The position numbers and the translations under genes were made by a program. The notes beneath the pieces are model-generated. The model saw only the letters and a program-made list of their open reading frames with translations. It was not told the origin of the DNA and did no database searches. A stretch of 60,949 nucleotides of DNA, counting the filler, from Dimargaris cristalligena (Eukaryota): assembly GCA_003614675.1 (NCBI GenBank). It is 2 parts of 2 records of this genome, joined end to end, with 100 filler letters (N's around TTAATTAATTAA, not from the genome) between each part and the next. Parts side by side here need not be neighbours in the genome. Positions count along the whole stretch, not along the records: positions 1 to 30,433 come from ML002458.1; 1 more part is not named here. One strand, written 5' to 3'. Position 1 is the first letter of the stretch; the number at the start of each line of letters is the position of its first letter. This document shows, piece by piece, positions 12,903 to 25,582 of the stretch.

Positions 12903-13790
12903 ATGTCCTCTACTGATCCGACCCCTCATTCTCCCACCCAAAGCCGACTCAACAACCCCACTTTCTTCCCCCAACATGGCCTCCCCGCTGGAGCGCTAGA
13001 CACCCTGATGAAGAATGTGAAGCCCTTCTCTGGTAAACCACCCGGCCCCACCTGGGATTCTTGGAAACTCTCCCTTAACTCTACCATCAAGGACTACTAC
13101 CCTCAGATGGCCACCGGGGCCCAGTTCCGTCTAACGATTGCTCTCCTACAAGACGATATACGTGACTTGGTAATCAAAGCTGGCAAGGACACCACCGAAC
13201 ACTTTGAGGCCTTTATAAAGACTACCTACCCTAGTTCATTATGGGCGGAATACTACGACATGGCACTACACTCGGGTACCCTCTTCAAGGGAAAGAATAT
13301 CCATATCGCCTGCTCAATCGGCAACGACGCTGCCTGGCAACTGGGAGGTACAAGCCATTGGTGTACCCAGGTTACTAAAGCCCTACTTTCGGAGTTCTGT
13401 GCCCACCTAGAACAAGCACCCCACGAGCTGTGGAATTTCACCGATTATACTGCGGGAAAAATGACTGAACGCTTTAAGGCCATCACCCAGGCAGTACTAG
13501 CCAGTCAGGCCCGTCAGGCTGCCCTCCGAACTGCACCTGGACATGGTCCACCACCCTTGGAAACATGAGAAATCACACACAAGGGTACACAGAACTCCAG
13601 TCCCCCCTCAACTGAGTCCATTGTAGCAGCAGTGCTCGCGGCCATGCAAGAGAAACCCCCGGCTAGTAACACTAAAGGCTATAGCAAGAACCGCCATCGC
13701 AAGGATCATCAGGCCAAGGCAATGGCAGAACTATGGGCCGAAAATGTTCGCCTCCAACAGGCGATGAGTGATAAGTCGGGAAAAGCCTAG
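12903..13790 (+). pseudogene. gag: Retrotransposon gag, interrupted by an in-frame TGA at 13566-13568
   Basis: Capsid-like VKPFSGK..WDSWK motif. The frame stays open for 73 codons after the TGA, up to TAG 13788-13790 just past the slippery site. No CCHC knuckle. Confidence 0.75.
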
Positions 13791-16700
13791 AGGTGGTAGA
13801 GACTCCTCTAATACTAGCGGCAATTATTCCCAATAAACCTAGTATTGATACCTTTACCACCGACAATTTGACATCACATTGGAGACTACTACGTAACGCA
13901 GCCCTGGGCGGAGTCGAGGTCAAGGCTGCAGCGGACCAGGGAGCAGCTACCAGTATTATCACACTAAAAGCAGCTAGCCGCCTATGCCTCAAGGTCAACC
14001 ACCAAGTACGGCCTCACCTACGAGCATTTGGTGGCCATAATTATGCCCCATCCCTCGGCACTGCCCAAGCTCGGTTCTCAACTGCCGAATCTCCCAGGAA
14101 ACAATGGATTAGGTTCACCGTTATTGAGGTAGATGCTGAGATTGATGCTCTAATTGGTCGACATGACTTAGATGCCCTGAATCTGGACCTCCGAACTCCA
14201 CCGGGCCCAGTAACAGCTCCCATTATAGCTACCCCCCCAGAGCTACCAGAACTGCCCAAAGTAACCCAGAGGAAAACCCTGGAACCCAGGGGATTACCTG
14301 CGGGGACCTTCATCCGGACTAACCCAGCTACTGACCAGGAGTTTAAAAGGGCAGATCACCAATACCCCCCTCCAACTAAGGAAAGTATTAAGTCCCGGCT
14401 AAGGGAACAGCTACCCAATGCTGGTGCGAGAAGCCAACTCCTGAGAGAACTCATGACAGGGATACAATCCCTCCGAGAGTACCCTCCAAGTTGCCCACCT
14501 CCCTGCTTACTAAAGCCAATCACGCCACCCCTGAAACCTGACGCGAAACTCCTATATATCCCTCAAGCACCAAGGAGTCAAGCTGACTGGGAATTTATGG
14601 ACCACTATATTAAGACTCGCCTCCAATATGGAGTAGATGAGCCAGGTTTTGCCCATGCTAACCTGCCAGTCTACAGCTTGCCAAAGCCAAATACTGATGC
14701 CCGGCGAGTAATCCTGGATGATAGTCAGGGAAGCACGGTTAACATGCACTCACTGGGAATGCAACTCCCCAAGCTCCATGAGGTTCGCACCTTTGTTCGT
14801 GATGCCCAACTAATTACAAGTATTGACCTAGCCTCATACTTTACACAAATTAGACTGGCAACAGAAGTCCGAGACTTCTGGACCTTTGATGGGGGATCCA
14901 ATGGCCGGGTTCGAGCTACCCGCTTGGTCCAGGGCAATAGCCAAAGCCCCGCTATTGCCCACGCCCTCCTCATGCACGTCTTCAATGGCCTACCAGACCT
15001 GCATGGTTATCTTCTAGGGTATATTGACAATATCTACCTAAAGAGTACCACCGGAAGCATTAAGGATCATATTAGGGACATTGGCAAATTAATCCGGGGC
15101 CTTGCATCATGGGGCTTAACAATCAATATGCCTAAAAGTGAATTCGCCGGCATAGAGAATGTAGAAATCTTGGGTTATCGCTGGTCACAAGATAATTCTT
15201 GGTCTATCCCTGACCATCGGGTGGCTGACCTCCAGCAGCTACCCATGCCACAAACAGTAAAGGAAATACAACACCTAACTGGGGGCATCAATGCCATATC
15301 AGCCCACCTTCCATGGGCAGCAGCACTCCTTGCCCCCTTCTACGCCCTCACTGGATTGCGCCGACTGACCAAGGGACAATTACTTGAACTCCGACCATAC
15401 TGGGAGGGTTTAAAGGAAGCCCTCACTGACACACGATACCTCTATGAGCCAAAGCCTGGTGAGCCCTTAACACTTCGGGTAGATGCCGCAGAGGCAGGCA
15501 TAGGAGCAGTATTATTGGCCCATACTAACAACCAGGAGGACCGTGTTGTAGCCTATTTCAGTAAGGCCTTTGATGGACAACAGGGAAGGAGACACCCTGG
15601 TTTCCGTGAGGCATGGGGACTTGTCCGAGCAGTCCGCCACTTCTATACTTATCTAGATGGTGCAGTTAACCTCCGAATTGAGGTTGATGCTACCACTGCT
15701 TTGGGCCTCTTTAATCATAAAGATACCTGCCAGGCGGATGAGTTAGCAGGCTTCCGTGTGGAACTGGCGAAATTGGGGATTCATTCATATATGATTCATC
15801 ATCGCCCGGGGGAAACTCACCTTACAGCTGACTGGTTGTCCCGAGCACTTCACCGTCAAAGACCCCGCAAGACCACTAAACCAAAGGCCAATACCATTGC
15901 TGCCATCGAGTTACCCCCTAGGGAGAACACCATCAGTAGTGATGGGGGGGAGGCAATAGATATTTCCCTAACCTCCGATGAAGAAGACAACAATCAGCCT
16001 GTGGATACACCAGAACTCCGGGGTGAACCTACTATTAGGGCCGCACTCCCTACCGCGTGGCACTGGGCTATTGTTGCCGAGGACCAAAGGGGCGACCCAC
16101 AACTGGAAACCTGGTATAAATTATGTACCCGTAGGGACTCTGAGATCGGAAAGGAGGACCCCCTGTTTACAGAAGTAAATGGCATGGCTATTCACAACGG
16201 ACTTCTATGTCAACTTACTCCAGGCATACTACCGGGTACAATGGGCAGTTGGATACCCTTAGCCCCAACCTCCATGATGAAAGAATCCATAAAGCGCTGG
16301 CATGAAGAGCTATGTCATCCAGGCCGAGAACGGCTCTTGGCCTTTGCCCAATCCCGCCTATCACATCCGGCTCTCCGGGAAACCATAGATCAACTGACTA
16401 GGACGTGTCATGTTTGCCAAATTAATGCCATAGCTACGATTCGGAATACCCCACGGTCCACTTCTTATGGAGACCGGAAACCCGGGGAACATCTCTACCT
16501 AGACCTAGGCTATATTGGCCAAATTGGTAATGATGAAGAGTCCCAGTTCCTCATCATCGCGGATGCGGCCAGTCGTTTCTATCAGGCAATACCACTGTTA
16601 CAGTCTACAGCCTTGGACATAGTGGAAGGGCTGCGTGACGGGTGGATAGGCACCTTCGGAAAACCCCGCCTAATCACCACAGATAATGGCCCACAGTTTA

Positions 16701-18016
16701 CCGCAGAAATACTCAAAAACTACCTTGAGGATCAGGGGATCCGTCACATATTCTCATCTCGGAGCCACCCCATTTCTGAGCTGGCTGAACGGTACGTTGG
16801 CCTATTGAAGAATTCACTAAGAAAATGTTGGAGTCAACATGGCACTGCCAATGGGTGGATTCGCTACCTCCCCAGGATTACCGCAGCTCATGCAATCATT
16901 CCAGACCCCCACACGGGCATTTCACCATGGATGGCCCTTAAGGGTATCGAATCAACAGTAGATGTATCACAACTATTGCTTCATCCAGAAACTGAAGGAG
17001 GGCTGGAAGAAGTGGCGCGGTGGGCCATCAGTCAGGCAAAGGAGCGGCGCACTCGTGTAAGGAAACATGCCATGGAACAACATAACCAACATGTCACTAG
17101 AAGACAATACCTTGTAGGAGAGTTGGTCACGGTCAAGGTGATACCCAAACCACCCAACTTGGCGAGCCACCCAGAACGAAGAATGGGTCCTTTCCGAGAC
17201 TTAGAGAGAGCGGGACTTGCCTACAGATTAGCTGACCTCGATGGCAACCCCCAGGCCCGAAATGTCCATGGTGATCTCTTACTCCCGTATTATACAAGTA
17301 ACGAGGAGGGGGGAACTCAGCCAGATGGGATGGAGGCTGTTTCAATTGAGCGAGCTCCAATAATACCGACCACCGTTAATGAAAGGCACCAGAGTCATCC
17401 TATCGAAGAAACAAACGAGGTTAATCAATACCACGAAATCGGTGGAGACCAACCCATTGAGGGTGGCGAGACTCAAATTAGGGGGGGCAACGAGGTGAAC
17501 ACATTCCGGACAATAACACAATCCCCGGCAGATTACTCCTGGTGGGGAACTGATAGCGATGGCGATACCAATTCAGAAAGGGAAGAGTATACATGGCCAT
17601 CATCTGAGTTAAACTTGGATTATCTGTCTGATGAAAATCAAGAAGGGTCACTACCTGACGCGCATGCCCAGGGTACCAAGAGGCAAGCTTCACAGTCACC
17701 CCCTCAAACTGAAGCATCACAAATCATCCCCAAAAGGTTACGCATACCTTCCAGCCCTACACTGTTAGCGTTACCTCATCTCCGGGAAAAATTGGAGCAG
17801 GAATCAAATGTCATGAACTCCGAGGACGAGCAGTTGCCCTGGAGTATTGTGCAACCGAGGGAGGTCACCATCACCCACCGGCAGGAGGCCGATCCTCCCC
17901 ACAGTACCCCTCACCCAAGTGAGGAAGAACCACTAGACGAGGACATGGACTACCCGCTGGAAGAGGGCGCCTCTACCCCAACAGCACTAAAACAACACCT
18001 CATCTCGGAGGGATAA
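13775..18016 (+). CDS. pol: Retrotransposon Pol polyprotein (protease, RT, RNase H, integrase); RT catalytic motif reads YIDN
   Basis: PR ADQGA..LIGRHDL; RT SIDLASYFTQI, LVQG, YIDNI; RH VDAAEAGIGAVL, ADWLSR; IN HEELCHPG..CHVC, YLDL, TDNGPQF, LAER, GPF. The ORF ends inside the 3' LTR. Confidence 0.92.
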   Translation, partial: VGKSLEVVETPLILAAIIPNKPSIDTFTTDNLTSHWRLLRNAALGGVEVKAAADQGAATSIITLKAASRLCLKVNHQVRPHLRAFGGHNYAPSLGTAQARFSTAESPRKQWIRFTVIEVDAEIDALIGRHDLDALNLDLRTPPGPVTAPIIATPPELPELPKVTQRKTLEPRGLPAGTFIRTNPATDQEFKRADHQYPPPTKESIKSRLREQLPNAGARSQLLRELMTGIQSLREYPPSCPPPCLLKPITPPLKPDAKLLYIPQAPRSQADWEFMDHYIKTRLQYGVDEPGFAHANLPVYSLPKPNTDARRVILDDSQGSTVNMHSLGMQLPKLHEVRTFVRDAQLITSIDLASYFTQIRLATEVRDFWTFDGGSNGRVRATRLVQGNSQSPAIAHALLMHVFNGLPDLHGYLLGYIDNIYLKSTTGSIKDHIRDIGKLIRGLASWGLTINMPKSEFAGIENVEILGYRWSQDNSWSIPDHRVADLQQLPMPQTVKEIQHLTGGINAISAHLPWAAALLAPFYALTGLRRLTKGQLLELRPYWEGLKEALTDTRYLYEPKPGEPLTLRVDAAEAGIGAVLLAHTNNQEDRVVAYFSKAFDGQQGRRHPGFREAWGLVRAVRHFYTYLDGAVNLRIEVDATTALGLFNHKDTCQADELAGFRVELAKLGIHSYMIHHRPGETHLTADWLSRALHRQRPRKTTKPKANTIAAIELPPRENTISSDGGEAIDISLTSDEEDNNQPVDTPELRGEPTIRAALPTAWHWAIVAEDQRGDPQLETWYKLCTRRDSEIGKEDPLFTEVNGMAIHNGLLCQLTPGILPGTMGSWIPLAPTSMMKESIKRWHEELCHPGRERLLAFAQSRLSHPALRETIDQLTRTCHVCQINAIATIRNTPRSTSYGDRKPGEHLYLDLGYIGQIGNDEESQFLIIADAASRFYQAIPLLQSTALDIVEGLRDGWIGTFGKPRLITTDNGPQFTAEILKNYLEDQGIRHIFSSRSHPISELAERYVGLLKNSLRKCWSQHGTANGWIRYLPRITAAHAIIPDPHTGISPWMALKGIESTVDVSQLLLHPETEGGLEEVARWAISQAKERRTRVRKHAMEQHNQHVTRRQYLVGELVTVKVIPKPPNLASHPERRMGPFRDLERAGLAYRLADLDGNPQARNVHGDLLLPYYTSNEEGGTQPDGMEAVSIERAPIIPTTVNERHQSHPIEETNEVNQYHEIGGDQPIEGGETQIRGGNEVNTFRTITQSPADYSWWGTDSDGDTNSEREEYTWPSSELNLDYLSDENQEGSLPDAHAQGTKRQASQSPPQTEASQIIPKRLRIPSSPTLLALPHLREKLEQESNVMNSEDEQLPWSIVQPREVTITHRQEADPPHSTPHPSEEEPLDEDMDYPLEEGASTPTALKQHLISEG
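13778..13810 (+). promoter_or_regulatory. -1 programmed ribosomal frameshift signal
   Basis: G GGA AAA heptamer in gag phase at 13778-13784. pol is in the -1 frame, open from 13775. Downstream stem TAGAGG (13788-13793) pairs with CCTCTA (13805-13810). Confidence 0.75.
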
Positions 18017-18152
18017 AACAGACTGGCTGGAGCGGCCGACTATTTACACCTTGTCTTCGAAATAAATACTATACATTTATTATCTATCTTCAACTCTTGC
18101 CCTACTCGGCGCGCTACTACTTTCCTGCCCTCCTCGGCCTAATCTGGTTACA
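17850..18152 (+). repeat. 3' LTR (303 bp)
   Basis: Direct repeat of 12568-12870 with 2 transitions; followed by TSD CTAT. Confidence 0.95.
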
Positions 18153-18466
18153 CTATAAGCCCGTCAATGATATTTCCAAAACCATATTTTCCTGTTTCAC
18201 TTTGCTGTATACCTAAAATTCTACTTTATGCAATAGCACAGCATTCACCTATAGAATCAATACCCGATTAAAACAACCGACTTCCTAATTTAACACCGCG
18301 TACTTTGCATGCCAACAATTTAAAGGTACTGATTGTTAAGGAGCCTGCCATTTCCTGCCGAACTACTCTGCTCTTACCATATGAATAATGCAGTCGACTA
18401 ATCTAGCAAGTGTATATAAATATAATTGTGACCGTCGCTTGCCTAGCATCTGGCTTATTCAACAGT

Positions 18467-19684
18467 ATGCCCATCTCTAACAGCACCAGCGGTGGTAGCG
18501 CTATAGAATGTGATTTCCCCGTCGCCGAGGTTCCGGAAAGTGACATTTATCGCCTCAAACTTTATGCCAGGTAGGTTAAATATTATCGTAAGTCCTGGAT
18601 TCGTAATTTTTAGCATCAATAGAATGCTAGGTTTGGATGATGACGACTAGTTGTATATTTACCATGATATTCTCCCCGGATCGGGATTGTAATTACATGG
18701 TACACTATTCCAGTTTCTAATACAATGCACTTTGGTGATTATATTCTTATTTAGCCTGGCTGCCTTGTCTTACCGAACCGTTTCAAAGTGGCAATGTCAG
18801 GAATGTGATAGAATCACTAATTCGGTAATGGTGAAGCGGTTTGCGACCAAGTACCAGCGCACCGTGGGCTATGTGGCCATCAATCACGATTTGCAATCGG
18901 TTAGCCTCGTTTTTCGCGGCACCCTCGATATTGCCCAAGTTCTAACCGATGTAAAGTTTAAAATGAAGCGATGGCCTAAATGGGTTCATAAGAGCCGCGT
19001 CCATGCCAGGTTTCTAGAGTCCTACTGGGAAGTTAGCGATTGTCTATTTAAGAAGATTGTGGAGCTGCTTCTCAAGTATCCAGAGTATCACTTAACTATT
19101 TCCGGCCATTCATTGGGTGCAGGTAAGCCGAAACTCATACCCTCACGACCCATTTTCGCGGTTTGCCCTACAGCAGAGGTTGCCAAGGTAGCATAGACAT
19201 ATCCATATAATGTTCGCCACTCATGGTTTCTAGTAAGTGCGGTTTGTCTAATTATTTTTCGGATCAATCTTCCACATTTATAATCATATGCTATTTATAT
19301 ATCTGTGTGTTTCTTTAGCCCTTGCCTCCATTGCTGCTGTCGATTTTATCCACCGAAACCAATGCTTGGCCGAAAAAGTACGTGTGGTGACTTTTGGTAA
19401 ACCCCGGGTTGGCAATGAAGCCTACATCCAGCACTACAACTCACTGGACCTCGATAGTTTTTCGGTGGTTAACAAGAATGACGTTGTACCTCACTTGCCG
19501 CCGCGTTTGCTAGGGTACCGGCACGAGAGTGGCGAGGTCTGGATCAAACCGAATTGTAGCGATTACGAGACGTTTTTTTTACCCCCAGGTGGATAATCGG
19601 CCCAATCCGGCCAGCATCCTAAGTGTGAAACCGAAAAATCCCAGCGTTAAGGACCACCACTGGGTCTGGGATGTAGAAATGTGA
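18467..19684 (+). pseudogene. Class-3 lipase copy 1, frameshifted at a T8 run (exons 18467-18570, 18755-19122, 19319-19684)
   Basis: LVFRGT, VHARF, GHSLG, TFGKPRVGN, DVVPHLPP. The paralogous C-terminus YPQVDNRPNP..KDHHWVWDVEM* lies out of frame after T8 at 19573-19580. Confidence 0.8.
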
Positions 19685-19831
19685 GCCTGCTATCCTACTG
19701 TGGAATAGCCATTGGCGAAAATTAACCTAACCAACTAAAATTCTTGGTACAGTCACATTAAGATTCCATAAATTGCTCCAATTAGTATGGCTAATGCTAT
19801 AGGTAAAATAATAGTTCTTTCATATTGATAT

Positions 19832-19967
19832 GGGCGATACTCGGCCCAGCTGTATAGAGATTTAAATGATAAGTGCACGAGAAAATGGGTGAGTGATCCA
19901 TTTCTAGCCAGTAGTATTTTCCTCATCTAATGGATTTTTCGTTATACAGCCTGGTTGAGCCTCTCCC
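19832..19967 (+). mobile_element. 136-bp MITE, copy 1
   Basis: GGG...CCC termini, ~25-bp imperfect TIRs, ATAT on both flanks. Confidence 0.8.
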
Positions 19968-20781
19968 ATATTGAGCAGGCTCTAGGTCTGCTAGCACTGG
20001 TTTTATTTGTTGTGGATGGTTATAGGCCATATTCGTCACCTCAGGATGGTTATCATATTCTGGCCTCATTTTTTCTTTCAATGCAGGTGTGGGTTTGGTT
20101 TTTCGTTTTGATGCCAGTATATCACCCAGGCTATCCAATACACAATTGGCTAGTAAATTATCGCCCATCCACTTAGCTAAAGAAATTGTTACAAATCACA
20201 AATATATAAATTAAATGTTCCTATCCTAGTCTTGGGTTTTGCATTTATAGTTAGGGCATGGTGATGGCTTTCAGGGCATAGTACTCAGATGAAACCGCCT
20301 GTTTTCTGAAGAAAAACTTGGTCTAAAGACCAATTAGCCAGTTAGAATGCTGCGCCGCTTATGATTGATCGCAATCAGACCTGTGTGTTTCAGATTGGAT
20401 CAGGCGATCTCAGCCCCCCAATGTTTACTGGGCATGCGTGAAAGAAAACGGCGTATCGATAATTGAACTATCCTTGCCTCAACTAACCACTTCCAATTAC
20501 ATTACCCATTACCCATTTCACATTGTTATTTTATTTTTAAGAGAGGGCTAACTTCCTCCATTCTTACCACTTATGAGCTTTCATCACTTCATTTTAAATA
20601 ATGTACTGATTCGCATTTTAAGCACCCTCTAACAAAGCACCGGTTATTTTCGCATAAGACATGCCATTTAAACCCCCCAATTCTTAATTTATTTTCGGAT
20701 AGTCCAACTCTTTTATTTGCTGTAGAATCGGTAGCCCTAAATTGGCGGAAAGATATCAAGCGCGCAATCTTAATCATTGGT

Positions 20782-22066
20782 ATGGCTCCGTCTATCAACG
20801 TCATTCCTCATATGGTAGGCAGATTTCCGGTCGCTGAAGTTCCCGAATGCGATATCCAGCGCCTCCGACTTTACGCCAGGTAGGGAAAAAATGTATTAAA
20901 CTAATCATTACCAAAAAACCGTAAATACTGTAGTTGGGGTGAATGGCCACCAGATGCGATCCAAAAGTTGTTATCATATAGTTTACCAGATCCGACACTG
21001 ACCTTGTTTCGATGGTTCGCTGTTTCCATCCCTTCCGTCCCTTTGACTTACAACGAGTATGTCTATCCAGTTTGGCCGCCATCTCATACCGAGCAGTTGC
21101 GCAATGGAACCATAGGGAATTTGATAAAATTACTAATTCGCAGATGGTAAGGCGTTTTGCATCCAAATACCAGCGCACCGTGGGCTATGTGGCCATCAAT
21201 CACGATTTAACATCGGTTTGTTTAGTTTTTCGTGGCACCACCGATATTGCTGAAGCCCTCACTGACATGAAATTCCTGATGAAGCGCTGGCCTAAATGGG
21301 TCAAGAACAGCCACGTTCATGCCGGATTTCTGGATTCATTTGATGATGTCGGCAATCGCCTGTATTGCAAAATCCGGGAATTGCTTCACATGTACCCCGA
21401 GTATCACTTAACTATAGTTGGCCATTCCATGGGAGCAGGTAAGTCAAACAGCCGCAAAATACGATCAGTTGAGTTATTAGGGCCGCCTTGCGCCTGAATC
21501 AAAGGAACCATATAATTTTACACGCCCCTACCCGGCAAATCAATCGAATCACCGAGGAGCTTAATGGAACATGTGTGCCCATCCTCTGTGGAGGAATACC
21601 CACCCCACACAGCCCTACCTTTGGATGCTGATTATTGAGATAGGGAACTAATGAATCGTGGTACCTACTATGTTTGCTCCTGTTTACAAAATCTCGCGTA
21701 GCCATAGCGTCTATAACAGCTGTTGATTTTGTCCATCGAAACCAGCATCTGGCCCATAAAGTACGCGTGGTGACGTTTGGTAAACCACGCGTCGGCAACC
21801 AGCCTTACATTGAACACTACAACTCGCTGAATCTCGACAGTCTATCTGTAGTTAACCAAAACGACGTCGTGCCCCATTTGCCACCGCGTTTGATAGGCTA
21901 CCGCCACGAAGATGGCGAAGTTTGGATCAAACCAGGCGAAAGTGGTCGCAAGGCGACTTACTACCCCCAAGTTGACAACAAGCCCAACCCGCATGGATTT
22001 CTAAGTGTGAAGCCTCGCGATTTTACTACCAAGGACCACCATTGGGTTTGGGATGTTGAAATGTAG
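20782..22066 (+). CDS. Class-3 lipase copy 2 (exons 20782-20879, 21071-21438, 21702-22066)
   Basis: LVFRGT, VHAGF, GHSMG nucleophile elbow, TFGKPRVGN, DVVPHLPP, C-terminal DH. Same intron positions as copy 1. Confidence 0.88.
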
Positions 22067-22380
22067 AACAGTTGGCCCATATTATATGCATTGTTCCAAA
22101 TATAGTTTATTGGTGAAGGGGCCCATTCAAGGTACTACTTAATAAATAAAGCTTATATTGCAATTGAAATCCTGGCAAATGGTGAAGTACTGGATTATAT
22201 CTCTCTTTAGAGGTGTCTTTGAGTTACAATTTGATTAAGTACATTTACTATACCTAATTCCAGGTGACAAACGCCCCTCTTCCCCAAGGGTTACTGATAG
22301 ATCTTGCACCACGTCCTCTTACTGGCCTTATCTCTGGCTTTTGGGTAGACAAGGTCAGTAACTATATTAACTCTTAATAT

Positions 22381-22516
22381 GGGTGAAATTCGACCCAACT
22401 GTATAAGCGTTTAAATGGTAGGCATATGAGGAAATGTGCGGGAGATTCATTATTAACCAATACTATTTGCCTCATCCAACGGATTTTATGTTATACAGCC
22501 TGGTTGAATCTTTCCC
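22381..22516 (+). mobile_element. 136-bp MITE, copy 2
   Basis: Collinear with 19832-19967; GGG...CCC; ATAT on both flanks. Confidence 0.8.
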
Positions 22517-22696
22517 ATATCCTTACCAAGCGATCCACTGCTAAGTCGTAACATCCACTAATGGCTAACTTTAATTATACAGATATTTTGGACAGTGGTA
22601 TGAGTATGTGAATAAATATGTAGCGTTTTTTTTAGAAAAAAAACCTCAAACACCCTTTGAGGGATAAAAGCGTAGATTAGCCAATACCCATCTGAC

Positions 22697-25474
<2,778 letters not shown>

Positions 25475-25575
25475 TTAAGTGGAAGAAAAAAAGCGCAGTC
25501 GGCACTACGAATTAATTAGCTTGGACCCAGGCGATATGCCAATAGGCGCTGCCCTGGCAACCGCTAGTTAATTGG

Positions 25576-25582
25576 TGAGTCA
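25576..25582 (-). promoter_or_regulatory. Candidate Gcn4/CpcA (AP-1-like) site TGACTCA upstream of ARG5,6
   Basis: ATGACTCA on the minus strand ~210 bp upstream of the ARG5,6 ATG. Confidence 0.45.

Larger units (their letters stand above)
12568..18152 (+). mobile_element. Full-length Ty3/gypsy (Metaviridae) LTR retrotransposon
   Basis: Two 303-bp LTRs (TG...CA) differing at 2 positions, TSD CTAT (12564-12567 and 18153-18156), gag plus pol in PR-RT-RH-IN order. Confidence 0.95.

Noticed and set aside
18388-18466. Possible frameshifted signal peptide upstream of lipase copy 1
   Set aside because: Copy 2 has an ATG at the position equivalent to 18467, so the simpler model needs no frameshift.
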